This document shows, piece after piece, positions 36,240-48,989 of a stretch of DNA of 64,000 nucleotides. This DNA comes from Camelus ferus. Taxonomy: Eukaryota. The stretch spans positions 106,580,001 to 106,644,000 of the forward strand of contig NC_045697.1 of NCBI RefSeq assembly GCF_009834535.1, written 5' to 3'. Numbering within the stretch: the first letter of the stretch is position 1; each line of letters opens with the position of its first letter. A program made the position numbers and the translations under genes. A model generated the notes under the pieces. That model had not been told where the DNA came from and searched no databases. It was given only the letters and a program-made list of their open reading frames with translations.

Positions 36240-36810
36240 TGACTTTTCTTTCTTTCCTTCCACAAGTATTGAGCCCCTGCTATGGGTCAGGTGCTGTTTT
36301 TATCATCCCTGACGTTATGAAGCGTATACAATCTTGTGGGGAGTCAGAAATGAAACAATTATGCAAATATATATTGAAATGTCCATTTTGTTGGCTATGA
36401 AAAACAAAATACCAGGAAACCTAGACTAGGAGGACAGGGCGGGCATCCTTTAGGAAGTGACTTTTAAGCTGATGTTAGATGTACGAGTAGGAGTTAGTTC
36501 AACAAAGAGGGTGGAAAAGAGCATCCCAAGCAGAGGGAACAGCATCGGCAAAGGCCCCGGGGAAGGACAGAGCTTACCCTAAGGACAGGTCAGTGCATCG
36601 TGGAGTGGTCGAAGCATCCAGGGCTAGTCTGAGTGCCAAGGCTGGAGCCAAACTGTCCAGGGCTTTACAGACTGCAGTAAACAGCTCTGACTGTTCTAAG
36701 ATTAATGAAATCTTCTGAGTTTCACTGAATCTTCAAATTGCTCACGGAGTGGATGCAAGGAAAATTAAGAATCAAGGGAGCTCGAATGGATTCCAAGTTA
36801 GGACTATTTG
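36240..36810 (-). mobile_element. L2 LINE 3' fragment
   Basis: caagtattgagcccctgctatgggtcaggtgctgt...ggaagtgacttttaagctga...catcccaagcagagggaacagcatcggcaaaggcccc. Confidence 0.8.
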
Positions 36811-39800
36811 TAACATAGAAAGTGATACAATCAAATCCTTTTTTCTTCAGCTTTACATTATACATCGTGATAATAAATATAAAACAGGGGAAGATTAAAA
36901 GGCCTTGGTCCTCTCAGATCTGTAATCAGGGGACTAATGTCATTAAATTGCTTTAATTTGGCCTCCCTACATTTAGTTTAGATTGGAATCCAGTCTCTGG
37001 AGATTCAGATATAATTATCTCTGATATATAAGTCACCCAACCCACAGAGTCCTCTCCCCTCCAAGACTCCAGCAGACTCTCAGGGACTTCAGTTTGCCTG
37101 GTCGCTGCGGCGCATGAAGTTACTCCAGAGACATCTTGCACTTTCCCTACTGAATCCTAGAACCAGCCTTACCTACTTCCTTCCTTCCTCCCATCCTCTC
37201 TCCCCAAGTCCCCTCTTCCCCCTCCTCTTCCTTTTCTTTTCCTGCTTGTTTTCCCCCCTCCCCCACCGCCTTGCCCTCGCTCACACTCTTACCCTCCTAA
37301 AAGCCATTCTGATAAAATTTCATTCTGATACCTCCAATTCCAACCCAACGTTGCAGGATCTAGTCTCGTTTCTCCCTTCCCTATTTGTAACTCCATTTTC
37401 TCACAATGAAAAACTTGACTCCTGTTATCCTCAATAGATTGACTTGTTTGCTCATGCCTAGAACACAGAGACAATTGTTTCAGAATTGCTAAACCATGCC
37501 CCTGAGAAAACGCATCATCTGTTAAATAAAGACACTGCAGTTCAGAACGCTTCAATGATTTTGCTACAGAGACGAGGAAACGGCACAGCCAAGATGATAC
37601 TTCTATTCTTCCGAGTCCTATTTCTTTGTCTTTTCCATCATTTTGGTTCTTTTTCAAGACATGATGACTCTAAATATTTTATCTCTACTTGTAATCAATC
37701 AACCCTACACCTTGCAACAGGACTCAAGGTGTCAGAAACCTTCGGGAGTGTGGCTGTTGCGTTTCAACTAGAGTTTTTTGAGCAAATGCTACACTTTTCA
37801 TGAGGAGAACATTAAACTACACAAGCAATCTTTAAACTAACTTATGACTTTTCTTGCATATTTTTGGAAAAATTAACCCATGAGATTAGTGAGTGAATTC
37901 TAATTAGATGGAAATAGATTACCGTGAGCTTATTTTTCTCTCCGCCCTGCACCTACCCCCACCCCAGAGAAGTAAGCTGAGCAGTAGGGTAGAAACGAGC
38001 CCACTTCTTTGGACGGGTGGACTATTTCTCTGCTCTAGAATCACCGGGTTAAGACTCTAACACTTAAGATCATGCGTGAAAATTTTTATATAATTTAAGG
38101 TTGCAATCACGTTGTGTTCTCAGTTTGCACACTCGAGTCACCTTTGTGAGGCTCCCAGAAAGAACACCAAAGGCAGAGCTCATGGGTCACTAAGCAGGTT
38201 TAGGTCTCAGAGTATAAATAGACTAACTGAAAATAGAAGCACTTTTTTTTTTCCCTTGACCAAGAATACCTAGGTAAGAAGCACTGTAATTAGAATGTGC
38301 ACAGTAGCTACAGACATAGTGAAAGGGCACGGGCGTCACATGACTCAAAATCTATTATGTCATGGTCTTTGAAGCAACCGTTATGATGCTGTGGTGGTGG
38401 AGCTGTAATTAGAAGACATGTCCCACCAACACATTTTTTGCAAAACAAAGTGAAAATGTTTACCTTTTTCTTCTCAAGGGGAAGGAATAAGGCTTTACCC
38501 ACAGCGTTAAAAATTAAGAAGTGTTAGGAATAAACAGGAAAGGCAACTCTCTCTTTCCTTCTGTGGGCCCCTGGAGTACAGTTCTGCTGACTCTCCCTTC
38601 CCGGGACAGCCTGAAGCCACCAGGAAAAAGATGCAGTGGACTATGAGGTCAGCAGGAGGAGTTAATGAGCTGCCACTGATTACTACTCACAAAAAAAAAA
38701 AAAAAAAAAGCCACTGCCCTTGAGGGCTTCTTTGTAAAAAGGATTTTTAAGTGGATTCTCAAGGGATACAGCTTTTGCCCAAAAAGAACTATGGGGGAAA
38801 AAAACATTACTACGGTCGACTGTGGCTGGTAGGATGTGATGAGGTTGGTGGCATATTATCTGCGAGGTCAGTCTGTCTCCCCGCCCCCTCCAAGGACACA
38901 GGGACATGGGTTGAGGCCCAGAGTATCAGCCCCTCACTGGCTCCATCCCATCTTTGTGTCCACAATGCCCCTGTGGCAATGTTTTGTAACAAAGGTGCTC
39001 AATGAATAGTGCACAAATGTCTCACATGAATGACATACTGCACAAAGCAAGGAGATGAGGGTCAGGGAGTGATTAAGGGGTCTCAGAGAGGAGAGAGGAG
39101 AATACACACTACTGGGTTCATTTTTAAGTGGGAGAAAGCAGGGGAGAAACTGTGGTTTACACACATAAATTTAATCTTCACAATCACCTAGCAACCATCA
39201 CTTTCCCAGTGCGGCACATGGGGTACTAAAGCTTAGAGAAGTCTGCTGCTTGCCCAAGCCACATGGCTAAGATGGGATCCATGTACTTCTTATACCCCAA
39301 ATCCTTACCCTACATCATGCTGGGAAGCTAGTTTAGTTGACAAAAGACGTTTTGTCTCTTTGGAATAATATTTGTGTCTGGCCAATGGCCATCAGGTGAT
39401 CATCAGCAGATACAGAAACACTCCTCTCACCAAAGAATGAAAATACTGTGTTTTTCCCGGGCAAGGCTTGTAGATAGATCTGACTATTCATGCCCCACAT
39501 ATGACTACAAATGGGTGTGTTGGGCCCAGGATATGCACAGCCCTAGATTTGCTTGGCTCTACCTGCTTGCACCATGAAGAGCCCCAGCTACCACCACTCA
39601 CTTCCAAACTCCCAGAGCTCTTCCAGATGCCCCTTGAGTGAGGGCCAGGCTTGGAGACAATCTCTGTTACACCCATAATGGCAAGACCTGTAACAGCCGT
39701 GGTCCCCATGCCTAGTCTGCCTGAATCCACAGAAATTCTGCCCCTGGTAAAGGACAGTACCTCGAGTTGTGCGATCTGCCTTCCCCAGTGGGGCCATGTT

Positions 39801-40166
39801 ATTCAGCTAGTAAGTGTTCCAGCAGGAAGTCAAACTACTTGATTCAAAGGAAATTTACTGAAAGGGTCTGTTTTGTGCCAGGCATCGTTTTAGAACCTGG
39901 GGACACTGTGATGAACCAAAGTTCCAGTTTGCAGCAAGCTCATATTCTCTTGGGGAACCTCCGGTTATCTGACTTGGAGCCTGGGCTTTTAACCCTTATG
40001 GCACATTGTCAGTTCCAATGACCCACCGATACACGTATGTTCCAATTCTCGTTGCACTATTTGGTAAGAAAAAAGAAATTAAATACATAAGATCAGTTAT
40101 AAGAAAACATCACCAAACGCTGAATTTCCAAGAGTTTTAACACTATCCCTAAGTAACATTGGAGGG

Positions 40167-40690
40167 TGTGTTGGGGATGATTCAATGCAGAAAACGGAAA
40201 CTACTCTTCATATTTTAAACAGAAAAGGGTTTAACACATGGAATTGGGTGCTAGTAAAATGCTTGGCAGAGCTTGGTCTCTAGAAATGAATCGTAGAACC
40301 GCTCCTTAGAACTGGCTCACTGGGAAACTATTTCTCTGAGGCTACCATTTGAAGAGTTGACCTCAAGAACATATGGTCACAACTGCAGGGAAAAAATGAG
40401 GAAGTGGGGATGAAGAAGTTGAACATGGCGTTCAGCTTCCTCTCCATAGCAGCTCCTCCCAGTACATAGAAAGCCGGATAATGAATGCGGTAACATCACT
40501 AGCAGAAAACTTGACATTTCATGACCTTGTTTGCTAATAAAATAATGCAAAGTTCAAGAGAATGGCCACTACTTCATGTCTGCCTCCCAAATCTCATGCA
40601 AGTGCACCAAACTGTAGGAACCTACGATGGGAAATGAAAATTTTCAGCATTCCAAACTCTGCCACTAGAAGAATGGGTACATAAGAATTC
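40167..40690 (-). mobile_element. Probable ancient ERVL-class LTR
   Basis: tgtgttgggg...gaaactactct...attttaaacagaaaagggtttaacacatggaattgg...tgcctcccaaatctcatgcaagtgca. Confidence 0.5.
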
Positions 40691-42092
40691 AATTACCAGT
40701 CCACGATGCCCAGTACACAAAAGGAAAGACTGAGTTTACCGTGTTGAATGATCACGGTGGAATTACCAGTTAAGTCACATCTGCAACTTAGTGCCTCGTA
40801 TAACATCTGACACATATTAGATGCTCAACAAATACTTAATAAATACAAGAATGAATCAGTGAATAAATGCACTGTGGATGTCACCAAATGAACCCTAATG
40901 GCTTTTTCCTTTCTTCCTTTTTTAAAATTATTCTTATATGACACAATGATGTTTGTTTGCTCACTTATCTCAAATACAAACTAAAATATTCGTGACTGTC
41001 TCATTTCCCTTTTGTTTCTATCTCAGGAGGTTTTGGGAAGCTCAGGAAGTGACATAAATTTCTTTGAAAATAAAGGAAATCTAGATGTTTCTCCTCCTTT
41101 TGTTGGACAATGAGTTTCCCTTTCAAACTTTTGTGGTTGTTTTAGCTAAATGTTTCCTCCACGGAGAAGTCTTCCTATTTTGTTTATTTTTAGAAACTGA
41201 AGGTTGCATACAGAGAAGGGTTTTGAAAACTGGAATCTCAAGAGGGAACTTCTGAGCCATGGCTCTTGATTTTGACCAAGCTAGCAGCCACTCTGAATAG
41301 GCTGTAAGAATATAGCCCAGCATTGGGTCAACCTCTGACCTTCTTTCTTCTGACCAATACTACATTAAACGGTATTTTTCAACACTCTTTCCCCTTCTCT
41401 TTCCCTATGGCAGATAGACAACTAAATCAATTTACCCCTAACAAAAAGTCATCCAGTTATATACTAAGTTATACAAATTGCTGTCACAGAGATTTAGAAC
41501 CAAAGGGAATCTTAAGAGTCATATCATGGGCGCCCTCCCTGTCCCCACAGTGCATTGCCATGTGCATGGACCGCTACACGGGCGCATGGAACACCATGTC
41601 CGTGCCTACAAATTGTGGCTACAGCGAGAATGAGCCAGCATGTGACCACGACCCGCCAGCAGGCCATCCCCTCACTCTTTCCCCCTCTTGTTTCCACAAA
41701 TGCTGTTTGTGAGGGGAAAATAAAGTGTCATATCATGCTACCTTCTTGTTTGTAGGTGAGAAACTGAGCTACACTGAGGTTAAGCATTATTCTGGGTATT
41801 CAGCCTCTACTCCTTACTTTGATAACATTCTCTCACATATGTTTGTTCCTCCAGTAAATATTTAGTGTGTATGATGCACGCAGCACTATGAGAGGACTTG
41901 CATGGAGATGCTGGAATGTTTTCAGGCACGTGCTCCAAGATATATCCAGTAAGTCACACACAAGTCCAACCACACAGGACTGTAATCCACTCTGCAAGAT
42001 GACATGCATTGTCATGATTGCTCATTCCTTACCTGGGATTCCCCCACAAGACCCAACCGTCCCTCTCTTCTTGTTAAAATCCTATGCATTCA

Positions 42093-42280
42093 AATAGATA
42101 AACATGATTATACTGTATAGCACAGGGAAATATAATCAAGATCTTGTGGTAGCTCATAACGAAAAAACTAATGTGACAATGAATATATATATGTTCATAT
42201 GTAACTGAAAAATTGTGCTCTATACTAGGATTTGACACAACATTGTAAAATGACTATTACTCAATAAAAAATGTTTTAAA
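42093..42280 (+). mobile_element. Very short 5'-truncated L1 (3' UTR only) with perfect 17-bp TSD
   Basis: Same 3' UTR as ~1443-1628; TSD aaaatcctatgcattca at 42076-42092 and 42281-42297. Confidence 0.95.
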
Positions 42281-42324
42281 AAAATCCTATGCATTCATCA
42301 AAGCCCAATTCAGTTATTAGTTAC

Positions 42325-42674
42325 TGCTATGGTCTGAATGTTTGTGTTCCCTCAAAATTCACATGTTGAAATCCTAATGCCCAACATAATGGTATGAGGA
42401 GGTGGGGCCTTTGGAAAGTACTTAGGACATGAGGGTGGAGCCCTCATGAGTAGGATTAGTGCCCTTAAAAAAAGATACCCTCCAGAGCTCCCTAGCCCCT
42501 CCCAATATGTGAGGACACCACAGGAAGTGTGTGGCTTGGAAGAGAGGTCTCACCCAACCACGCGGGCACCCTGATCTCAGACTTCCAGCCTCCAGAACTG
42601 CGAGCAATAGATTTCTGTTGTTTATAAGCCGCCTGGTCTGTGGTTTGTCACAGCATCCTGAACGGACTCAGACC
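42325..42674 (+). mobile_element. MaLR solo LTR (MLT1A-like)
   Basis: tgctatggtctgaatgtttgtgttccctcaaaattcacatgttgaaatcctaa...gacttccagcctccagaactg...atttctgttgtttataagcc; near TSD gttac/attac. Confidence 0.9.
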
Positions 42675-42829
42675 ATTACTGAATTAAGACTTTCTCAAGC
42701 CCTGCAATCACAATTAATCACTACGTTTTGTGAATTCCCTAAAGATTCCCTTTGCTTCCCTATTACAGCCTGTATCAGGCTGTCTTCTGGTGGATGGGTA
42801 TTATGTAGATGGATACATATATATCTTTG

Positions 42830-44445
42830 TTGTGGTTCCAGCAAGACGGTGGCCTAAGATAACATGGAAGCACTCTAGCTATAGGCCCTTAGGAATAAAA
42901 AACAACCACCACAAGCATTTTTAAAGCTAATTTCTAACTGAAAGAAAGGGAGTTCTCTAGTGCCAGAAACACAGAGAGAACTGAAAGCCAGAGTGAGAAA
43001 TAGAAGAATCAAGGCTGTAACAACTTCGGGAAGCTGATGGAAACAGTGGTAAGATCAGAGTTTTAATGCCATTTAGGAACAAAAGCCCTCTTAGGCCCAC
43101 CTGAGGGGGAGCAGGAATAGTCCAGGACCCTCAGAAGCTACAATCTCAGCCAAAGAGGACCAAAAATCTCAGCCAACAAGATCAAGAAATGACAATTAAC
43201 TCTGTGTAGGGAAAAATGAGTCTTCTGTGAAAAATTTAAACTCCAAGCCTGTGGCTTTCATTGGTGAGTAATCTGAATTTACTTTATTTACTTGATTCTG
43301 CAGGAAACCTGAAGCCTAGAAATTATCGTGGTCCTGGGCCAGTGTTGCCTCTGGCGCACCCAGAGGATGCTAATGTCAAACTCTGCTACCTAAGCACCAT
43401 GGGATGAGCACAGACAAAAATGAGCCTCACTGAAGGGAAGCTCATGATAAAAATCCATGAAGAATGCAAAAGAAAGAATCGAATCATGGGTACAATAAAC
43501 AGGAGATTTTTTTTTATCTCAAAATTTACTATATAGAAAAACAATCTAAAAGAAATCATAATCTAAGGATGTGTTTTAAATTTTGAAAATCTACAGGGCA
43601 TTGAAAAATAAATGGCCACTCACTACGAAAGAAAAGGCAAAAATTTTAAAGTACAAATAAGGATATCTGATATTAAGTCCCCTTAAAACTGAGTTCCTTT
43701 ACAGAGTTAATAATTTATCTCTCTATCCAAAATTTTATTCCCTTTCTTGTCCTCGCTGACCTCAATCCTGTGCTAACTAAACACTTATCCCAGAATCAGT
43801 TGACTGAGATTGCTGTTGCTGATAACATGGATAATGGACCAAATTGCTAGATATCACCATTGAATGTACAAATTCAACAGGGCAAGATGAGCTAACAGGC
43901 CCCCAAGCCATGGACCATCTGCCCTGAGAATCATAAACCAGAGACATCCTGACTCCCAAAACTATGATTAAAATATGTCGCAAGATGATGATTAACCCCA
44001 GCTTCTTTGTTCTTCTCCTTTAAAAATACACCCTGACTCAAAGACCAAGTTGGAACTAAGGCTCGTCTCTCACCCCTTTGCTCGGCACCCTGCAATAAAT
44101 CCTTACTTTGCTGTGAACACCCACTGTCAGGGTTTGGCTTTCTGAGCCACGGGCACAAAAAGCTCTTGCTTGGTTACACATCTAGAAATGAATGGTCATT
44201 TAAATTTACCACTGGACAAATGGGGGTAAGCAGCAGATTAGAATGAGCTGAAGAAGGAATTAGTAAACTTGAAGATAGAGCTGAACAAATTTTCCTCATT
44301 GTAGGACAGAGTTAAAGAAACAGAAAATGTGAAAAGTCACGGGAAAAAAAAATGTAAAGGTCCAACTTACATCTAACAGGAATTCCAGAAGAAGAGAACA
44401 GCCAGGATATGGAAGATAAAATATTTGGAGAGATAATGGCTGGTG
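42830..44445 (+). mobile_element. Ancient L1-like 5'/ORF1 region, interrupted by an LTR
   Basis: ggttccagcaagacggtggcct start; ctagaaatgaa...agcagattagaatgagctgaagaaggaattagtaaacttgaagatag...ggaattccagaagaagagaa. Confidence 0.6.
43668..44178 (+). mobile_element. ERV1-like solo LTR
   Basis: TG...CA termini, TSD tatc/catc, TATA-like tttaaaaa at ~44020, AATAAA at ~44094. Confidence 0.8.
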
Positions 44446-45233
44446 GATAAAAATCAATTGATAAGAGATACAGTTTCCTCTTTTACTAGGTGACTGATGG
44501 CTTTCTGGCACAAACTAATTGTTCATATTTATATTCTTGGAGCATTGGAAGAAATTAAATATCAACTTAAGTAGTATAATGTAAGCACACAAATATCAAT
44601 AAATGACAAATATTAAAAATAAGCAAGATGTGGCAGGTGTCACTAGAGAAGTGCAAAGAAAGTGCTACTGATGAAGAATTTATGGCCAGAAATTGCTTAC
44701 AGTTGGGATTATTAGAGAAGAGTTCACAAAGAGGGAAATGGGTACAGTTTAACAGGCAGAAAGGAGGGGTTGGGCATTCCAAACAAACAGGATGACCTAA
44801 CAAAGGCACAATGTGGGGAAAGGCAAAAAGCATTCAAAAAAAGGCTGGTGGTCCATTTTGGTTAATGGTTTGTCTATCTGAGGAGTGGCTGTGGGAGATG
44901 AAGAAAATAGAGCCAGACGATGGCGGCCTTCAGTGCCAGACTATCCTGTAAAGAAAAAGCGCCTCAAGTAACTGATTGCTGGAGGTGTTTCAGCAATACA
45001 GTGACAAGCACAGAACTGTTGCTTAGGAAGACTGATCCAACCAACAATTACATACAATATAAACTAAAGGGAAGACACAGGAGTCAGGAAAACCCGTTGA
45101 CTTGTGTGTCACAAAGGACCCTTGATAGTGACAGAAAATGCAACTCAAACTGGCTTGAGTAAAGAGTTTTATTAGACCATACAAGCAAAATGTCCAGGGT
45201 AGAACTGGACAGGGACGTCTTTGCCCAGTGATT

Positions 45234-45996
45234 TGTAATAAAGAATTTGACAGGCCTTTGTCCTTGGCTCCTGGGAAGTAACCTCTAAATCCTTGGAATT
45301 TCCAGAGGAATAAGAGTACTTTTGTCACTGATGATGGACCCTGATAGTTTATGCTGATGGGGTGACTCATGTTGGGTCCCCAGTGTATGCTAAGGAGATG
45401 ACTCATGTGGAGGCTGGCCATGCCAAAAAGACCAACCATATAATTATAGGGTTGGGGAATTGAGCCCCCGTGATATCAGCCTGATCTTCACAGAGGGGAG
45501 GGGGGCTGGAAATTGACTTTAAGCGTATAGCTAATGATTTAATCACTCATACCTACATAGTGAAATCCCATTAAAAACTCTAGACAATGAATCTTGAGCA
45601 AGCATCCCTGGTTAACAATATTCTGTGCATATTGTTACACATCAGTGCATCCTGACTCTGCAGGGAGAGGATGGAGAAGATTTGCCTCTGGGACCCTCCC
45701 AGACCTTGCCTTTCTCTTCTGGTGGCTCGAACCAATTTGTATCCTTTTTGCTACAAAAAAAATCATAACCATAACTACAGTGCTTTCTTGAGTTCTATAA
45801 CTCGTTTTAGTGAATAATTAAACTCAAAAAGGTTGTGCGACCCCTGTAGCCAGTTAATCAGAAGTGTGGGTAGGCTAGGAACCCCTGAGCTTGTGGCTGC
45901 TGTTGGAAATGAAGGCAGCCCTACTCATGGAGGACTATGCTCTTAACCTGTGAAGTTTGACTTAATTCTGGGCGGTTGGTGTCAGAAGGCATTGCA
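45234..45996 (+). mobile_element. MER21C-like LTR
   Basis: tgtaataaagaatttga...ctcctgggaagtaacctctaaatccttggaattt...ggctggccatgccaaaaagaccaaccat...ggtgtcagaa. Confidence 0.8.
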
Positions 45997-45999
45997 GCC

Positions 46000-46610
46000 A
46001 GCAATGCAAAGACCCTGAGGTGGGGTCGTGCGTGGCACGCTCAGGAACAGCAGGGGGGCCCAGCTGGCTAAGGCGCCTGGTGGTTAGGGTGACACACGTG
46101 AGTTGTGACTGGTAGCTGGGGCCAGATCACGTAGGCAGCGGTTCTCTGCTCCGGCTGCATGTTAGAATCACTGGGGAGTTTTTAAAAGAAACCAATGTCC
46201 AGGGCCCACTCCAGGTCGATAAAATCAGCTTCTCTTGGGGTGGGCACAGGCACCCCTAGTTTTATAACTTCTCCAGGTGACGTAGGTCCTGATGTAGGCC
46301 CCTGTTGGCCATAGTGTAAGGACACTGGGTATTGTTCTGAGTGTAAGGGGAAGTGGATGATGCCTGTTAAGCAGAGTGACATAATCCGTCTTAAGCCTTA
46401 AAAGCCCCACTCTGGCTGCTGTGTGAAGAACACTCTATAGCAGGACAGACTGGGTGCGGGAGATCAGGTGAGAGGTGAGGATGGCTTAGAACAGGAGCCT
46501 TCTGTAAGTGGCAGAGGAAAAGGGGTCTATCTGGGATATATTTGGAAGGAAGGCAATTTGCTTATGAATTGGATGTGAGGTATGAGAGAAAGAAAGAAGT
46601 CACGGATGCG
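46000..46610 (-). mobile_element. L2 fragment with nested MER5A-like MITE (~46135-46290)
   Basis: tgcaaagaccctgaggtggg...aagcagagtgacataatc...actctggctgctgtgtgaagaa; the insert is gcagcggttctc...gttagaatcactggggagtttttaaaa. Confidence 0.75.
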
Positions 46611-47309
46611 TGTATAATTTTTTTTTGGTTTTGGTTTTGGTTTTGGTTTTGGTCAAAGCAACAGACTAAAAGGTAATGCTAATCACTAGGGCCAAGAGAA
46701 TGTGGTCAACTGGCCAGGACTCAGACACATGCCCACTCCTGGAGCAAGGGTGAAGTCAGTCTTGGCTAAAACACATCTATTGAGAGCAGAAGAGAGTATT
46801 CACCAGAGTAAAAATCAGGGCACGCCACCAACCGCAGTGGGGAGAGCTGCCGGGCGAACCAAGAATGACAGCTCACTGGAGGTCTGTTGGTTGTATTCTA
46901 GAGGACGCACTGAGAATAAAATAAACTTCAAGAAAAAAAAATTAGGTCTTCCTCTATGAGTAGGTCTTCTTCCCAAATGATTCAGTCCCATTAGGTGGGG
47001 CCAAGGGGGCAGCCATGGAGGACCAGAGCAGAGCGTTTGTCCCCAAGCAGGGCTAGGAAGGCATTCAGGTAAGGAGGCCGCAGTGACAGCCAGGCATCAT
47101 GTGTTGGCGTCTGGGCAGGGTGAGAAAGTCAACACGTAGGAGGACTGGCCCGTGGGGAATATCAGAGCCTAAGCAGGGTGAGGAGGGTCTGCACAGGAGA
47201 CTCATCCTGTGCAGAGCATCTAAATCCATGCAGGAGGTGGCCCAGCGCAGGCGGGCACTGGGATCTGAGTGGGGTGAGGAAGACATCAGTGAGGGGGCAG
47301 AGGCTGTGT

Positions 47310-47337
47310 TGTGAAGTGATGGTTTTCAAGATACATG

Positions 47338-47383
<46 letters not shown>

Positions 47384-48410
47384 AGCTCTGTCCATGGAGA
47401 AACCCAGGAGCAGCTGAAACCCAGTAGCAATGAGCACACCTATTACCCAAATGTTGGCTCCTGAATATCATTCTCTGTCAAAAGGAAAAATGATGACTGA
47501 TTTCAGGGCTAGGGCAGAGAAAGTACAGAACATATAGCCAAAAGTGAGGTGGTGCTAAAAAAAATAAATAATGGGGACAGCAAAAGGACATAGAAGTCAG
47601 CTTGAATGCATTGGCCAAATTGGGGATATTTTAAGTATTAAAATAAATAATGATAGTGATGGACTGAAATAGGACACCATGAGTCCAAAGTGACAAAATA
47701 AGTTAATAAATTGAAAGTTTGAGGAAGAATATGACATTGACAGAAGTTACAAAGTGCCTGCCTACAAAATACTAATTACAAAGGGGGAAAGAGGTAAATT
47801 TTCAGTGACGAAGCCCAGTAGGTAGCACTTAAGTCAGGTGGTCAAAGGGAACATCGTGGGTGATGAGACAAATGGAAATCAAGCCCCGCCACATGATGCA
47901 GTAAGAGCATAGCATCACTTCTCTGACATTCCCACCAAAAATGCATAACTTAAGCCTAATCCTGAGAAAATACCAGACAAACCCAACTGAGAGACTTCTC
48001 AAAATAACTGGCCTATAATCTTCAAAAGTGTCAAGGTCATGGAGGTCTAGGAAAGACTGAGGAACTGTTCTAGGTGAAGGAGACTGAAAAGACATAACAG
48101 AGAAGCACATGGTGTGGTTCTGAGCTGGATCCTTTGGCTTAGAAGGACATCACTAGGACATCTGGAAAGTCTGAATGGGTTCTGAAGATTATGTAGTAGC
48201 AGTCTATCAGCGTTGACTTCCTGACTTTGATACTTGCATCGTGCTGCGTAGGAGAATGTGTTTATTTGTAAAGATACACAGTACATTATTTAGGGATGAT
48301 GAGACATCATGTTGGCAACTTATTCTCAAATGATTCAGAAAAAATTGCTTTGTACTGAACTTGCATTTTTTTTTCTGTAAGTTTGATGTTGTTAAAAATT
48401 TTTTTAAAGA
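47310..48410 (+). mobile_element. L1MC-type 3' region
   Basis: cagacaaacccaactgagagac...aaaataactggcctataatcttcaaaagtgtcaaggtcatg...gaaagactgaggaactgttctag...gcaacttattctcaaatgattcag. Confidence 0.8.
47342..47380. repeat. (TA)n microsatellite
   Basis: Direct observation. Confidence 0.98.
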
Positions 48411-48989
48411 CAGAAAATTTAGGGTAAAGATTATTTTGAGTCTACCAGATAGAATTTGAACTAAGAGAGGAGAAAGCAATTGCAGAGCTCACTGATACCA
48501 TTCAGTCGGGGATCCAATACAGAGGTTTTTTTGTTTTTTCTTAATCATTCATTTGCTCCAAATAAAGCAGCCTTATTAATAACTTTTTAAGGCTTTCTTC
48601 AACTATTATAATTGATTTTTCTGATATTGAATGTGGATAAATTTATTTAAATATCATCTCTGTTTGAAAATCTTGACATTGGACTGTAGACTGAAAGGGA
48701 TCTGGGGATTGACTAGAGTTTCTTGCTGGAGGACTTTAAATTAACTTTAGCAAACAAGTTTATACCACCTTTACCTATACCACCTATACCACGCTGAGGT
48801 AAAGCTTTGCTCCAGGGAAAGTGTTTGACCATATCAGTAATAAAGAAAAGGTGATTATTGTTACTCACCCTTTCCAAAAACAAATCCAATATCCAAAGCT
48901 TACACATTCTTTGAATTAAAATTAATTTAAATATAAAGCAGTCGTCTGTAGGAGACACAGCAGGGCCACCACATTGTACTTCTCAGGTC

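Noticed and set aside
47384..47404. REST/RE1 site (agctctgtccatgg)
   Set aside because: Only one half matches (no TGCTGAA half) and it lies inside an old L1.
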